Of a DNA stretch of 64,000 bases, positions 10,006 through 21,573 are shown piece after piece. The translations under genes were made by a program, and so were the position numbers. Source of the DNA: Streptococcus sp. (GTDB taxonomy: Bacteria > Bacillota > Bacilli > Lactobacillales > Aerococcaceae); NCBI GenBank assembly GCA_015264955.1, contig JABZYV010000001.1, forward strand, positions 23,722 to 87,721, read 5' to 3'. Under the pieces are notes generated by a model. The model was not told where the DNA came from. It made no database searches and saw only the letters and a list, made by a program, of their open reading frames with translations. How positions within the stretch are numbered: the stretch's first letter is position 1; each line of letters opens with the position of its first letter.

Positions 10006-12178
10006 GTTTCAAGAATCATTAGGAATTTTTTATCTACCTGCACTATTAGGTGTTACATTCCTATTCTTATTAATATTAGGATGGAGTAATGTTCAACCAA
10101 CTTCTTATTCATTTGAATTAAACCAAGTTGCAAAAGAAACGATTCGTGCACCGAAATCCGTAGAGGATAAGGAGCAGACTGAGAAGAATCAACAGATGGC
10201 GATGGACGGTGTTGGCGATATTTATGTATTCGACCAAAATCGCGAGCAACAACAAATTGATAAAGTGAAACAGTTTTTCCAAGCGATTAAGACAGTCGCT
10301 GCCAAAGCCTCAAGCGAAATTTTTGCGACTGATTCTACAACCACGACTTCTGGTGAAGTGTCAACAAAAGTCGCAACGCTCCAAGATCGACTCACTTATT
10401 TCAAGAAGAGTTTAGAATCGGAAAATAAAGCCATTCGTGATTTTGCTTTGTATATTCCAGATAGTGTCATCATTCAATTGCTTTCTGTTAGTTCAGATAA
10501 ATTGGATGACTACGAATCAGCTATTGAGAATGCAATTAAAGAGCAAATGGATAAATCTATTACGGAATCTAATTTGCTACAAGCACAAGAAGCAGCTAAA
10601 AAATCGCTCTTTAACGGAGGATTTACAGATAATGAACGTGAGATGCTTGGACAACTGTTAACGAATAGTATCGTTGTCAATAATGTTGTGGACAAAGACG
10701 CAACGAATAGCGCAAAAGAAAATGCCAAACAAAGTGTTTCACCAGTCCGTATTTTACAAGGTCAAGTGTTAATCCAAGAAGGGCATATCATTACTCAAGA
10801 AGATTTGCGTCTTCTAAAATTATTAGGTATTGATGGAAACTCAAGTAATTATCATCAACTGTATAGTTACTTAATTTTCTTGACAATTTTATTCGTTTCG
10901 TTACTAGTATTCTCATTCCGCTTCAAAATGGGAGCATCAAGCAAAGAGTGGGATACACGTGTTAATGAACTGACTGTGTTCTCAGTAGTGTTCACAATTG
11001 GTGCCATCCTACTTAAAATCTTATCATTCCTACAAAATCGTGGAATCGATTATATTGGTGTAGCTTTCCCGATTGCCGGATTTATCTACATCATTTATAA
11101 ATTAACTTCGAAGTTTTACTTTACTATTATTGCGATGCTAGTTTATCCAATACTCGTCTGGTATATGTTTGGTAGCGATAGTATTAACACCGAAATCGCG
11201 TTAACGACTGTTTACTTTTCACTCGCAGCATGGCTTGGAGTGATTCAAGAGGTATACTGGAAAGATTTATCGTGGTTTAAACAATTACTATTACAAATCA
11301 TTATTCCATTAGCATTAATGGTTCCGTTTGTATTCTTTAGTAACTATGATTTGGTATCAACGCAATCAGCGTGGTTATTCGCGTTTGCGGCAGTGAGTGG
11401 GTTCTTATCATTCCTTATTCCTGTTATCTTGATGCCGTACTTTACGTATTTATTCGAGGATAGTTCAGTACTATTATGGGCAGAATTATCAAATCCAAAT
11501 CAACCGTTGTTAAAAGATTTGATTACAAAAGCTCCAGGAACTTATCATCATAGTTTGATGGTGGCAAACATATCAGCCAACTGTGTGGAAGCCATTGGTG
11601 GAGATTCACAATTGGCGAGAGTAGCTTGTTATTATCATGATATTGGTAAGACAGAGCATCCGTTCTTCTTTATCGAGAACTTACCAGCGCATATGGAAAG
11701 TCCTCATAAGATGATTGGACCATACGAATCAAAAGAAATTATTTTTGATCATGTCCGTAAAGGGGTAGAAATTTTAAAACAACATCAATTACCACAATCA
11801 GTGATTGATATTTGTGCCGAGCACCATGGTACGACATTGATGAAGTATTTCTATGCTGAAGCCTTAAAAGAAAATCCAGATGCCGATGAGGCAGATTTCA
11901 GATATCCAGGTCCTAAACCTCAAACAAAAGAATCTGCGGTCATCAATATCGTAGATAGTGCTGAGGCTGCGACTCGTGCGATGAAAGAACCGACGCTTGA
12001 GAAAGTTCAAAACTTAGTGCATTCGATTATTATGAATCGCTTGGAGGATGAACAATTTGTTGAATGTGATATTACGTTGAAAGAACTAGCGATTATCGAA
12101 AAGAATATCGTGGCTTCGCTAAACGGAACATTCCATTCAAGAATTGAATATCCAAAACTTCCTAAAAAACAATCTTAA
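9986..12178 (+). CDS. pgpH: 7TM-HD membrane phosphohydrolase PgpH/YqfF (c-di-AMP phosphodiesterase family)
   Basis: N-terminal signal-anchor, multi-TM core, C-terminal HD domain (HSLMVANIS ... YYHDIGK ... EHHGT). GTG start at 9986 after AGGTG. Overlaps the phoH end by 20 nt. The ORF-track start at 9890 lies inside phoH. Confidence 0.8.
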   Translation: MRQKLRKFQESLGIFYLPALLGVTFLFLLILGWSNVQPTSYSFELNQVAKETIRAPKSVEDKEQTEKNQQMAMDGVGDIYVFDQNREQQQIDKVKQFFQAIKTVAAKASSEIFATDSTTTTSGEVSTKVATLQDRLTYFKKSLESENKAIRDFALYIPDSVIIQLLSVSSDKLDDYESAIENAIKEQMDKSITESNLLQAQEAAKKSLFNGGFTDNEREMLGQLLTNSIVVNNVVDKDATNSAKENAKQSVSPVRILQGQVLIQEGHIITQEDLRLLKLLGIDGNSSNYHQLYSYLIFLTILFVSLLVFSFRFKMGASSKEWDTRVNELTVFSVVFTIGAILLKILSFLQNRGIDYIGVAFPIAGFIYIIYKLTSKFYFTIIAMLVYPILVWYMFGSDSINTEIALTTVYFSLAAWLGVIQEVYWKDLSWFKQLLLQIIIPLALMVPFVFFSNYDLVSTQSAWLFAFAAVSGFLSFLIPVILMPYFTYLFEDSSVLLWAELSNPNQPLLKDLITKAPGTYHHSLMVANISANCVEAIGGDSQLARVACYYHDIGKTEHPFFFIENLPAHMESPHKMIGPYESKEIIFDHVRKGVEILKQHQLPQSVIDICAEHHGTTLMKYFYAEALKENPDADEADFRYPGPKPQTKESAVINIVDSAEAATRAMKEPTLEKVQNLVHSIIMNRLEDEQFVECDITLKELAIIEKNIVASLNGTFHSRIEYPKLPKKQS

Positions 12179-12183
12179 AAGTA

Positions 12184-12221
12184 AGCTCCCTTCAACTTGA
12201 ATTAGTTGAGGGGAGTTTTTT
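12184..12221 (+). terminator. rho-independent terminator after pgpH
   Basis: AGCTCCCTTCAACT ... AGTTGAGGGGAG hairpin plus T6. Confidence 0.7.
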
Positions 12222-12310
12222 GTAAAAGATAAGCTTTAAAGACCGTCAAAGTTCCAATAATGTAGGGAGTTTGTTACAATATTAGTGACGCTAAAAAAGG
12301 AGTTTTTAAT

Positions 12311-12799
12311 ATGATTATTGAAATTATCGATGAAACAGAAGTAGTACCAGAAAGCCATCAAGAACTTGTACATAGTGTAGTTAGTTTTGCTGCGGATTAC
12401 TTAAAAATACCTGAAAACAAAGAATGCAGTATCTCATTTATTTCTAGCGAACGTATTCGTGAAATCAATCGCGAGTTTAGAAATATTGATAAGGTTACAG
12501 ATGTGATTAGTTTTGCGTTAGATGATTCAGATGATGACTTTGAAAGTATGAAGTCTATTATGGAAGAGGACGATAGCTTTGTAACTTCGATTGGAGATAT
12601 CGTTATTTCTTTAGACCGTGCAAAAGAACAAGCAGAAGACTATGGACATTCGCTTGAACGTGAACTTGGATTTTTAGCACTGCATGGCTTCTTACACTTA
12701 AACGGTTATGATCACCAAACAGAAGAAGAGGAAGCTGAAATGACAGGATTGCAAAAAGAAATCCTAGAAGCATATGGGTTGAAACGTGATGACGCATAA
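12311..12799 (+). CDS. ybeY: rRNA maturation endoribonuclease YbeY
   Basis: HGFLHLNGYDH zinc motif. 162 aa. Confidence 0.9.
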   Translation: MIIEIIDETEVVPESHQELVHSVVSFAADYLKIPENKECSISFISSERIREINREFRNIDKVTDVISFALDDSDDDFESMKSIMEEDDSFVTSIGDIVISLDRAKEQAEDYGHSLERELGFLALHGFLHLNGYDHQTEEEEAEMTGLQKEILEAYGLKRDDA

Positions 12800-13169
12800 A
12801 CAAACAGAAAAGAATTCTAACTTTTTGACGTCCCTAAAGCATGCCATAGATGGTATCAAAACAGTGATTCAAGAAGAAAGAAACATGAAGGCGCATCTTT
12901 GCATTGCAGGGCTAGCGATTATAATTAGTTTTTTCTCTGGTTTATCAGCAGTCGAATGGTGTTTTATTTTACTGTGTATTTTCATCGTGTTTCTCATGGA
13001 AATCTTAAACACCGTTGTCGAAAATTTAGTCGATTTACTAGTGAAGAAGGAATATCATATTGAAGCAAAGAAGGCAAAAGATATTGCAGCTGGTGGAGTG
13101 TTACTCAGCGCTAGTTTTACAGTAGTTATTGCAATAATCATTATTTTGCCAAAATGGATTCATTTTTAA
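12786..13169 (+). CDS. dgkA: Diacylglycerol/undecaprenol kinase family membrane protein
   Basis: 127 aa, 3 TM segments, DgkA-family motifs. Overlaps the ybeY stop by 14 nt. Confidence 0.8.
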   Translation: MMTHKQTEKNSNFLTSLKHAIDGIKTVIQEERNMKAHLCIAGLAIIISFFSGLSAVEWCFILLCIFIVFLMEILNTVVENLVDLLVKKEYHIEAKKAKDIAAGGVLLSASFTVVIAIIIILPKWIHF

Positions 13170-13178
13170 GGAGAGAGT

Positions 13179-14087
13179 ATGACAAAACCATTTAAATCAG
13201 GATTTGTGGCGATTGTAGGTCGTCCTAATGTCGGCAAATCAACATTTATGAACTATGTGCTTGGTCAAAAGATTGCCATCATGTCTGACAAAGCGCAAAC
13301 AACAAGAAATAAAATCCAAGGGGTTTATACGAAAGACGATGCGCAAATCGTTTTCTTAGATACTCCAGGGATTCATAAGCCAAAACATGAACTCGGAGAA
13401 TTCATGGTGAAGAGTGCTTATTCTGCGCTAAAAGAAGTAGATGCAGTCTTATTTATGGTGAACGTTAGTGAAAAACGTGGACCAGGAGACGACTTCATTA
13501 TTGAAAAACTAAAAGGGATTAAGACACCGATTTTCTTAGTGTTAAATAAGATTGACCTTGTAACTCCAGAAGTGCTATTAGAACGTGTGGAAAGTTATAA
13601 AGATGCACTTGATTTTGCAGGAGTGTTCCCAATTTCAGTACTACAAGGGAATAATGTGAACGAACTAATGGAAGGGCTCATTAACGCACTTCCAGAAGGT
13701 CCACAATATTATCCAGCAGACCAAATCACAGATCACCCTGAATACTTTGTTGTTTCAGAATTGATTCGTGAGAAAATTTTACAGTTAACACAGGAAGAAA
13801 TTCCTCACTCAGTGGCTGTAACAGTGGATAAAATGCAAAAAGATGAATTCGATAAAGTTCATGTTTATGCAAATATCATCGTTGAGCGAAAATCGCAAAA
13901 AGGCATTATTATTGGTAAAGGTGGCCGTCTCTTAAAAGAAATCGGGACGAGAGCGAGACGCGATATTCAACAATTACTTGGAAATAAGGTTTACCTTGAA
14001 CTGTGGGTAAAAGTTGAAAAAGATTGGCGTAAACGTAAGAGTAACTTACAAGAATACGGATATCGAGATACAGACTATAGAGATTAG
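13179..14087 (+). CDS. era: GTPase Era
   Basis: G1 [10 protein letters not shown]3 DTPG, G4 NKID, C-terminal KH domain. Confidence 0.95.
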   Translation: MTKPFKSGFVAIVGRPNVGKSTFMNYVLGQKIAIMSDKAQTTRNKIQGVYTKDDAQIVFLDTPGIHKPKHELGEFMVKSAYSALKEVDAVLFMVNVSEKRGPGDDFIIEKLKGIKTPIFLVLNKIDLVTPEVLLERVESYKDALDFAGVFPISVLQGNNVNELMEGLINALPEGPQYYPADQITDHPEYFVVSELIREKILQLTQEEIPHSVAVTVDKMQKDEFDKVHVYANIIVERKSQKGIIIGKGGRLLKEIGTRARRDIQQLLGNKVYLELWVKVEKDWRKRKSNLQEYGYRDTDYRD

Positions 14088-14098
14088 GATGGAATCAA

Positions 14099-14881
14099 AT
14101 GGATTATTATCACTATTTTGATGGAATTGTCTTAATGCGACAGGCGTATCGCGAGAAAGATATGCTTGTTAAAATTTTGACGAGAGACCACGGAAAGTTA
14201 ATGTTCTTTTTACGAAATGCACACCAAAGCAATCATCCATTAACAGCTGCGACACAGGTGTTTACAAGAGCGACTTTTCTTGGGCATATTCATCAAAATG
14301 GGTTTAGTTTCCTAAAGGATAGTCACGATATCAAGCCCGCAACGATTGTGTTACAAGATGTCAAGGCACAGGCCGTTTTAGCGTATTTAACGCAATTAAC
14401 AGATGCGGTGATGGATGACCATATTGTGAATAAGACAGTGTTCCAACTGCTTTGGGACGCTATTGAAGCCATTAATAATGGAGTCGATGCAGAAGTGATT
14501 TTGCGTTTCTTTGAAATCAAGATTCTACGTTACTATGGAGTCGAGGTGGAATGGCAACATTGCGTCATTTGTAATAGAGATACAGACTTGGTCGATTTTT
14601 CAATTCAGAAGCATGGATGCCTGTGCAAGAATCACTTAAATGAAGACGAGTATCGCATGCAACTGTCTAGAAAGGCATTGTATGTCGCAAGGCAATTAGC
14701 TCTTGTTTCTTCTCCAAAACAAATAGGGTCTATTCAGTTATCGAGTGAGACTACAAGTGAATTAAGACGCCTGTTTGATACCATTATGGAAGAGTATGTG
14801 GGCATTCGTTTGAAGAGTAAAAAATTCTTAGATCAAATGGTCGAATGGGAAACGTTAATGCAGAAAAAAGGACAAGATTAA
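14099..14881 (+). CDS. recO: DNA repair protein RecO
   Basis: 260 aa with an OB-fold N-terminus and a Cys4 zinc motif (CVICN ... CLCKNH). era-recO synteny. Confidence 0.85.
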   Translation: MDYYHYFDGIVLMRQAYREKDMLVKILTRDHGKLMFFLRNAHQSNHPLTAATQVFTRATFLGHIHQNGFSFLKDSHDIKPATIVLQDVKAQAVLAYLTQLTDAVMDDHIVNKTVFQLLWDAIEAINNGVDAEVILRFFEIKILRYYGVEVEWQHCVICNRDTDLVDFSIQKHGCLCKNHLNEDEYRMQLSRKALYVARQLALVSSPKQIGSIQLSSETTSELRRLFDTIMEEYVGIRLKSKKFLDQMVEWETLMQKKGQD

Positions 14882-14906
14882 GAGGGACGCAAAACGCTGT
14901 CTTTAC

Positions 14907-14935
14907 TTGACTTTTTAAGCAATTATCGGTACTAT
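14907..14935 (+). promoter_or_regulatory. Sigma-A promoter for the glyQS T-box leader (TTGACT, 17-nt spacer, TACTAT)
   Basis: Hexamers read directly with 17-nt spacing. Confidence 0.55.
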
Positions 14936-14939
14936 AGTG

Positions 14940-15143
14940 AAAGATTAATAGGACGTTGACGGTGAGATTTTTAATGATAAAATGTCAAAGAGAGTATGGG
15001 CTGGTGGAATCCATATCATGGTCATTAAAAGTGGCGCACTCGAGTCTATCAACAATGAAGCTTGGTTTTAAACCAAGAAATTAGGGTGGAACCGCGATTA
15101 GTCGTCCCTATGTATGCTTTTTGTGTACATAGGGACTTTTTTA
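14940..15143 (+). promoter_or_regulatory. T-box riboswitch leader, glycine specifier (GGC at 14999-15001); T-box AATTAGGGTGGAACCGCG at 15079-15096; terminator 15104-15143
   Basis: Near-consensus T-box sequence followed by the GTCCCTATGTA ... TACATAGGGAC hairpin plus T6. AGAGAG box upstream. glyQS lies downstream, as in the classic glyQS T-box. Confidence 0.8.
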
Positions 15144-15165
15144 TTTAGTCAAAGGAGGAAATAGT

Positions 15166-15408
15166 ATGGATTTTACAATGGTCATCCCAGCTTCAGAATT
15201 CAAAGATTTTCAATTGAAGGTGGTGTCATTAGCGCCGATTAAAGTCAGTGTAATCGGTCATGATGACGAAGTGTTGGAGCAATTCCAAACAAGTGTTAAC
15301 CATTCAATGTACGGTTTTAAAACGAAAAATGAAGCGATTAAAGAAGTGAAATGTGAAGTGATTCCTGGAGTGATTTATGAATTTTATCCAGTAGTGAATG
15401 CACAATAG
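15166..15408 (+). CDS. Hypothetical 80-aa protein encoded between the Gly T-box terminator and glyQ
   Basis: Strong RBS AAAGGAGG 8 nt before the ATG. The ORF ends 14 nt before the glyQ ATG. No recognisable family. Confidence 0.5.
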   Translation: MDFTMVIPASEFKDFQLKVVSLAPIKVSVIGHDDEVLEQFQTSVNHSMYGFKTKNEAIKEVKCEVIPGVIYEFYPVVNAQ

Positions 15409-15422
15409 AAAGGGGAACAATT

Positions 15423-16307
15423 ATGGCAAAAAAATTAAGTGTTCAAGAAATTATTTTAACATTACAAAATTATTGGTCTAACCAAGGATGCTTGCTTCTT
15501 CAAGCATACGATACTGAAAAAGGGGCAGGGACAATGAGCCCTTATACATTCCTTCGTGCGATTGGACCAGAACCATGGAATGCAGCATACGTGGAACCTT
15601 CACGTCGTCCTGCAGATGGACGTTACGGGGAAAACCCAAACCGTTTATTCCAACACCACCAATTCCAAGTGGTGATGAAGCCATCTCCTGAAAATATTCA
15701 AGAATTATATTTAGGAAGCCTAGAAGCTCTTGGAATCAACCCATTAGAACACGATATTCGTTTCGTGGAAGATAACTGGGAAAATCCATCTCTTGGCTGT
15801 GCTGGTTTAGGATGGGAAGTATGGCTTGATGGAATGGAAGTGACTCAATTTACGTACTTCCAACAAGTTGGTGGATTAGAGTGTCACCCAGTAACAAGTG
15901 AAATCACTTATGGTTTAGAACGTCTTGCTTCATACATTCAAGAAGTAGAGAGTGTTTATGATTTAGTTTGGACTGGAGATGTTAAATACGGAGATATCTT
16001 CACACAACCTGAATATGAACATTCTAAATACGCTTTTGAAGAAAGCAATGCAGATTTATTAATGCAATTATTTACAGACTTTGAAAAAGAAGCCACTGTA
16101 TTAATGGAAAAAGGCTTAGTTCACCCAGCTTATGACTATGTATTGAAATGCTCTCATGCATTTAACTTAATGGATGCTCGCGGAATTATTTCTGCAACTG
16201 ACCGTGCTGGATTCCTTGGCCGTATTCGTAAAATGGCTCGTACCATCGCGAAAACATTCGTGGCTGAACGTGAAGCATTAGGATTCCCATTATTGAAAGA
16301 GAAATAA
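15423..16307 (+). CDS. glyQ: Glycyl-tRNA synthetase alpha subunit
   Basis: 294-aa product with a highly conserved GlyQ sequence (QNYWSNQGC..., [22 protein letters not shown]). Confidence 0.95.
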   Translation: MAKKLSVQEIILTLQNYWSNQGCLLLQAYDTEKGAGTMSPYTFLRAIGPEPWNAAYVEPSRRPADGRYGENPNRLFQHHQFQVVMKPSPENIQELYLGSLEALGINPLEHDIRFVEDNWENPSLGCAGLGWEVWLDGMEVTQFTYFQQVGGLECHPVTSEITYGLERLASYIQEVESVYDLVWTGDVKYGDIFTQPEYEHSKYAFEESNADLLMQLFTDFEKEATVLMEKGLVHPAYDYVLKCSHAFNLMDARGIISATDRAGFLGRIRKMARTIAKTFVAEREALGFPLLKEK

Positions 16308-16327
16308 GAGAGTTTGGAGGAGAAAGA

Positions 16328-18397
16328 ATGACACAATCATTATTATTAGAAATCGGTTTAGAAGAATTACCTGCTCAATATGTTCGAACAAGCTCTGAAC
16401 AATTAGCAAAACGTGTAGAAGACTTCTTCAAAGATGAAAACTTAGAATTTGAATCCGTAGAAGCATTTGCGACTCCAAGAAGATTGGCAGTTCGTGTAAA
16501 TGGCTTAGTCGAAGAACAAGCTGACCGCGAAGAAATCTTCAAAGGACCATCACTTGCAATCGCTCAAAAAGATGGAGCATGGACAAAAGCGGCTGAAGGA
16601 TTTGTTCGTGGTAAAGGTTTAACTACAGATGACATTTATGTGGAAGAAGTGAATGGCGTTGAATACATTCATGTGAAACAACATATTGCTGGTAAATCAA
16701 CAAAAGAAGTGGTTAAAAACTTATCTTCTGTGATTACAGATATGAAATTCCCAGTGACAATGCGTTGGGCAGCTCATACATTTGAATATTTACGTCCAAT
16801 TCACTGGATTGTTGCTTTATACGGCAATGAAGTGATCGAAGAAATCGGCGTATTAGACGTAAAAGCTGGACGTACTTCAAGAGGACATCGTTTCTTAGGA
16901 AAAGAAGCAACGATTGAAAACCCAGAAAGCTATGAAAAAGCATTGGCTGAACAATTCGTTATCGTGAACCAAGATGAACGTAAAGCATTAGTTCGCAAGC
17001 AAATTGAAGAATTAGCTGCTAAGAACAACTGGATTATTCCAATCGATGAAGACTTATTAGAAGAAGTAAGCTCAATCCTTGAATACCCAACAGCATTTGC
17101 TGGTACTTTTGATGAAAAATACTTAGTCGTTCCAGAACCAGTATTAGTTACATCAATGAAAGAACACCAACGCTATTTCGTTGTGTATAACCAAGAAAAA
17201 CAATTATTACCATTCTTCGTTTCAGTTCGTAACGGTAATGACTACATGATTGAAAATGTTGCTAAAGGAAATCAAAAAGTATTAACTGCTCGTCTAGAAG
17301 ATGCTTTATTCTTCTATGAAGAAGACTTAAAGATTCCAATGACAACTTTCTTGAAGAAACTAGAAACATTAAACTTTCATGCCAAGATTGGTTCTATGAC
17401 AGAGAAGATGGACCGCGTGCAATTACTTGTGGGACGTATTGCAAAAGAATTGAACTTACCAAGTGATGTTGTTGTCACAGCACAACGCGCCGCTTCAATT
17501 TACAAATTCGACTTAGTAACAAACATGGTTGGTGAATTCCCTGAATTACAAGGAATCATGGGTGAAATCTATGCCTTGAAACAAGGAGAAACTCCTGAAG
17601 TGGCTCAAGCAATCCGTGAACACTATATGCCAACAAGTGCAGATGGTGAATTGCCTTCTTCTGTACCAGGTGCTTTACTTGCAGTTGCAGATAAGTTAGA
17701 TACTTTCTTAAGCTTTACAGCTGCTGGAATGCTTCCAACAGGTTCAAACGACCCATATGCGCTTCGTCGTCAAGTAATGGGGCTAGTACAAATTCTTGCA
17801 GCCTTTGACTGGAACATTGAAATTGAAGACTTTACAAAACTATTGTTAGGTCTTGATTATGCTGAGTTCCTAACAGGTAAAGAAGATGAAATTGAAGAGT
17901 TTATCTTAAGCTTTATTCGTGAACGTGTGGCACAACGTATTGCAACAATTACAAAACGTCATGATATTATCGATGCGATTGTAAACAGTCATACTTCATC
18001 AGTTCCTGAACAATTGAAAGCTGCAAAAGTTCTTTCAGCTGTTTCTGAATCTGAAGAATTTAAAGGAATTACAGAGGCCTTAAACCGTGTTATAAATATT
18101 AGTGCAAAAGCTCAAGATGATGCGAGTGGCGAAATTTTAGAAGATCGTCTTGAAACAGAAAGTGAACGTACTTTAGTAAAAGCTATTAAAGAACTTCATT
18201 CAAAAGTACAAACATTAACGCCTGAAGAATTGTACAGTCATTTAGAAGCAATGGCACCAAAAATTAATGATTTCTTCAATGAAAATATGGTAATGGTGGA
18301 CGATGAAGCGACTCGTCGTAACCGTCTAAGATTCTTAGGATTGCTATCTGAAATCATTTTAGATTTAGCAGATTTCACATCATTAATTGTTAAATAA
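16328..18397 (+). CDS. glyS: Glycyl-tRNA synthetase beta subunit
   Basis: 689-aa product. glyQ-glyS operon. Confidence 0.95.
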   Translation: MTQSLLLEIGLEELPAQYVRTSSEQLAKRVEDFFKDENLEFESVEAFATPRRLAVRVNGLVEEQADREEIFKGPSLAIAQKDGAWTKAAEGFVRGKGLTTDDIYVEEVNGVEYIHVKQHIAGKSTKEVVKNLSSVITDMKFPVTMRWAAHTFEYLRPIHWIVALYGNEVIEEIGVLDVKAGRTSRGHRFLGKEATIENPESYEKALAEQFVIVNQDERKALVRKQIEELAAKNNWIIPIDEDLLEEVSSILEYPTAFAGTFDEKYLVVPEPVLVTSMKEHQRYFVVYNQEKQLLPFFVSVRNGNDYMIENVAKGNQKVLTARLEDALFFYEEDLKIPMTTFLKKLETLNFHAKIGSMTEKMDRVQLLVGRIAKELNLPSDVVVTAQRAASIYKFDLVTNMVGEFPELQGIMGEIYALKQGETPEVAQAIREHYMPTSADGELPSSVPGALLAVADKLDTFLSFTAAGMLPTGSNDPYALRRQVMGLVQILAAFDWNIEIEDFTKLLLGLDYAEFLTGKEDEIEEFILSFIRERVAQRIATITKRHDIIDAIVNSHTSSVPEQLKAAKVLSAVSESEEFKGITEALNRVINISAKAQDDASGEILEDRLETESERTLVKAIKELHSKVQTLTPEELYSHLEAMAPKINDFFNENMVMVDDEATRRNRLRFLGLLSEIILDLADFTSLIVK

Positions 18398-18428
18398 GAC
18401 CCCTCACACAGAAAGGAGAGTGAATGAA

Positions 18429-19736
18429 ATGGCAGTATTTTATGATCGTGCCACGATTCAAGTCAAAGCCGGAAAAGGTGGAGACGGAATGGTTGCGTTT
18501 CGTCGTGAAAAATACGTACCAGACGGAGGCCCGGCTGGTGGAGACGGCGGTAAAGGCGGAAGTGTCATTTTTAAAGTCGATTCAGGACTTAGAACCTTAT
18601 TAGATTTCCGTCACAAACGTCATTTCAAAGCAAAACCTGGTGAAAACGGCATGAGTAAGAGTATGTATGGCCGTGGAGCAGAAGACTTAATCGTTAAAGT
18701 TCCACCAGGAACAATCGTTAGAAATGCTGAGACGAAAGCACTGATTGCTGACTTAGTAGAAGATGGACAAGAAGTAGTAGTTGCAAAAGGTGGCCGTGGT
18801 GGTCGAGGAAATATCCGTTTTGCAACGCATAAAAACCCTGCACCAGACATTGCTGAGAACGGTGAACCAGGGGAAGAGTTTGAACTCGATTTAGAATTAA
18901 AAGTTTTAGCTGACGTTGGGTTAGTTGGATTCCCATCAGTAGGGAAATCGACTTTACTATCTGTGATTTCAAGTGCAAAACCAAAAATTGCAGACTATCA
19001 CTTTACAACATTGAATCCTCAATTAGGAATGGCACAGTCTCCAAATGGCGAGCAATTCGTCGTTGCTGACTTACCAGGATTAATTGAAGGAGCCCATACA
19101 GGTGTGGGGCTTGGTATTCATTTCCTAAAACATATCGAACGTACAAAAGTATTACTTCATGTGATTGATATGGCCGCAATGGAAGGCCGTGATCCTTTTG
19201 AAGATTACAAGATTATTCAAGAAGAACTCGGAAGTTATCACTTACGCTTACTAGAACGTCCAATGTTGATTGTGGCGAACAAAATGGACCAACCTCAAGC
19301 AGAAGAAAACTTAGAGAAGTTTAAGAAAGATTTAGCAGATAGCTTAGCTGAAGGCGAAGAAATGCCAGAGATTTTCCCAATTTCTGCATACCGTCGTGAA
19401 GGTCTTCAAGCACTGCTTGCTAGAACTGCTGAAGTGTTAGAAGAAACAGAATTCTTCCCATTAAACGAAGAAGTAGTGGAAACACATATCGTTTATGGAT
19501 TAGAAGAAGAGGAAGCACCATTCAAAGTGACAAGAGATCCAGATGGAACTTGGGTACTGTATGGTGACAAGATTGAAAAACTATTCAAGATGACAAATAT
19601 GGAACATGATGAGTCTGTTATGCGATTCTCACGTCAATTACGTGGAATGGGTGTAGATAGCACTTTACGTGAAAAAGGCGCTGAAAATGGCGATTTAGTA
19701 CGTATTCTAAATTTCTCATTTGAGTTCGTAGATTAA
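18429..19736 (+). CDS. obg: GTPase Obg/CgtA
   Basis: Gly-rich Obg fold ([10 protein letters not shown]), G domain ([17 protein letters not shown]), C-terminal OCT domain. ATG 18429 sits 10 nt after GGAG. Confidence 0.95.
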   Translation: MAVFYDRATIQVKAGKGGDGMVAFRREKYVPDGGPAGGDGGKGGSVIFKVDSGLRTLLDFRHKRHFKAKPGENGMSKSMYGRGAEDLIVKVPPGTIVRNAETKALIADLVEDGQEVVVAKGGRGGRGNIRFATHKNPAPDIAENGEPGEEFELDLELKVLADVGLVGFPSVGKSTLLSVISSAKPKIADYHFTTLNPQLGMAQSPNGEQFVVADLPGLIEGAHTGVGLGIHFLKHIERTKVLLHVIDMAAMEGRDPFEDYKIIQEELGSYHLRLLERPMLIVANKMDQPQAEENLEKFKKDLADSLAEGEEMPEIFPISAYRREGLQALLARTAEVLEETEFFPLNEEVVETHIVYGLEEEEAPFKVTRDPDGTWVLYGDKIEKLFKMTNMEHDESVMRFSRQLRGMGVDSTLREKGAENGDLVRILNFSFEFVD

Positions 19737-19748
19737 GGAGTTTTGAAT

Positions 19749-21572
19749 ATGATTGATAGAAGTGAGATGGAAAAACGTTTTTACGTATCTTCATTTGACG
19801 GCCTAAGAGCGATAGGAATCCTTAGTATCATTATTTATCACTTGTATTCTTATCGCTTGCCGGGTGGATTTCTTGGATTGGACATCTTCCTCATTTTAGC
19901 GGGTTACTTTATGACAAACCGCTTAATGACAAGTTTGATGAACGATGGAAAGATTCCTTTGAAGCAGTTTTTATTAAAACGACTAGCACGTATTGCGCTT
20001 CCTTTAATTGCAATGCTCGTTCTAGTGTTCATTTATATTACACTGTTTCAAAATGAGATGTTGGTGAACTTAAGAGGGTCATTTACTTCCAGTCTTGTAT
20101 TTTTAAATAACTGGTGGCAGATTTTCCAAGCACAAACGTTTATTCCAAACTTATTAACGGAAAATCCATTTGAACACTTATGGTATATTTCATTGGCCTT
20201 TCAGTTTTACTTATTGTGGCCGATTGTGTTTGCCTTCTTAAGTTTATTCCTTAAGAAGCATAATTCATTATTTGTGGCGATTGTCGTATTAGCGACAGCT
20301 TCATTTGGATTAATGCTCTTTAGTTATAAAGGGGCAGACTCATTAACGTACGTCACAATGAGCACTGGGACTCGATTGTTCTCAATGCTGATTGGTTCAT
20401 GTACGGCATTGCTATATCCTTTAGATCGTTTCCAGAAGGAACATAAATCTAGAGTGCCATATGAGCAAAATTTAAGATTAATCCCGATCGTGTTAATGTT
20501 CATCTTGTTATTTACACTTGGACGTAACGAAGATATTACGTATCGTGGGGGAATGTTGCTTTTTGACTTAACCGTAGCTGCTGTTATTTTGATGAGCTTG
20601 CATCCTAAAGTAGGGACTGGAATTTTATTCCGTTTCAAACCATTAACCGTCATTGGTCGTAGAAGTTTATCTTATTATTTATGGTTCTTACCGATTATTG
20701 TGTTATACCAAGCAAAAATGGGGATTGCTGGTTCAAGTAATTTAATTCACGGAATTATCCAATTAGTACTCATTCTCTTCTTTGGAGAAGTATGGTATCA
20801 AGTCTTTGAGAAGAGACGTTATCTACAAATAGTCCGTAAATTGATGGGGCTGTTGAATGAAAAAACAGCTTATGGAAAACAAATTTTATTTGGAATCTGT
20901 GCAGTGCCGCTCATTATTTTAGCGGTAGGGCTTGTACAGTCTACAAGTAAATTGTCTGAACAAGAGGCTACTCTTACAGAATTAATCCATACGAACCAAA
21001 CAATTGTGGATAACACACAACAAACAGATAAGAAGCTATTGAAGACCATTAATAATGTGGTTGGATTAACACGTGAAGAAACCGTCTTTAGCAGTAATAG
21101 TTCGATTACCTTTATCGGCGATCAGTCGCTACTTGCAATTGCGAATGAACTAACAACGATTTATCCAAACGCTGTGATGCATGCAACACCGATTGCGCAA
21201 GTAACGGATTTATCTTCGACGATTAACGAATTAAAATCGAAGAATCAATTGAATGACATTGTTGTATTAATGTTTGGTGCCAATAGTGCCTTTACTAAAG
21301 GACAATTGGAACGTGAATTGAAACGAATTGGTATGGAAAAACAAATTTTCCTAGTTACGACAACAACGTCTAAAACATGGAGAGATGATGTGAATCATGT
21401 ATACGAAGCAGTCAGCGAGAAGTATTCGAATGTCCATGTTCTTGATTGGAATGAATATTCAAAAGACCAAGATTGGTTCTATTCACATAAATCATATGTA
21501 ACTGAAGTAGGAGCTCATGAAGAAGCGCTCTTCTTTGCGAAAAAAATTTATGAAACATTGAGAGGAAATTAA
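19749..21572 (+). CDS. OatA-like O-acetyltransferase: Acyltransferase_3 membrane domain fused to C-terminal SGNH hydrolase domain
   Basis: [16 protein letters not shown] acyltransferase-3 signature, about 10 TM segments, C-terminal FIGDQS (GDS-like) block. Confidence 0.75.
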   Translation: MIDRSEMEKRFYVSSFDGLRAIGILSIIIYHLYSYRLPGGFLGLDIFLILAGYFMTNRLMTSLMNDGKIPLKQFLLKRLARIALPLIAMLVLVFIYITLFQNEMLVNLRGSFTSSLVFLNNWWQIFQAQTFIPNLLTENPFEHLWYISLAFQFYLLWPIVFAFLSLFLKKHNSLFVAIVVLATASFGLMLFSYKGADSLTYVTMSTGTRLFSMLIGSCTALLYPLDRFQKEHKSRVPYEQNLRLIPIVLMFILLFTLGRNEDITYRGGMLLFDLTVAAVILMSLHPKVGTGILFRFKPLTVIGRRSLSYYLWFLPIIVLYQAKMGIAGSSNLIHGIIQLVLILFFGEVWYQVFEKRRYLQIVRKLMGLLNEKTAYGKQILFGICAVPLIILAVGLVQSTSKLSEQEATLTELIHTNQTIVDNTQQTDKKLLKTINNVVGLTREETVFSSNSSITFIGDQSLLAIANELTTIYPNAVMHATPIAQVTDLSSTINELKSKNQLNDIVVLMFGANSAFTKGQLERELKRIGMEKQIFLVTTTTSKTWRDDVNHVYEAVSEKYSNVHVLDWNEYSKDQDWFYSHKSYVTEVGAHEEALFFAKKIYETLRGN

Positions 21573-21573
21573 A

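Noticed and set aside
15166-15408. Assigning the leader-embedded 80-aa ORF to the YqzL family by analogy with the B. subtilis recO-yqzL-glyQ order
   Set aside because: I cannot verify sequence similarity from memory. The length (80 versus about 47 aa) and the position relative to the T-box differ. Left as hypothetical.
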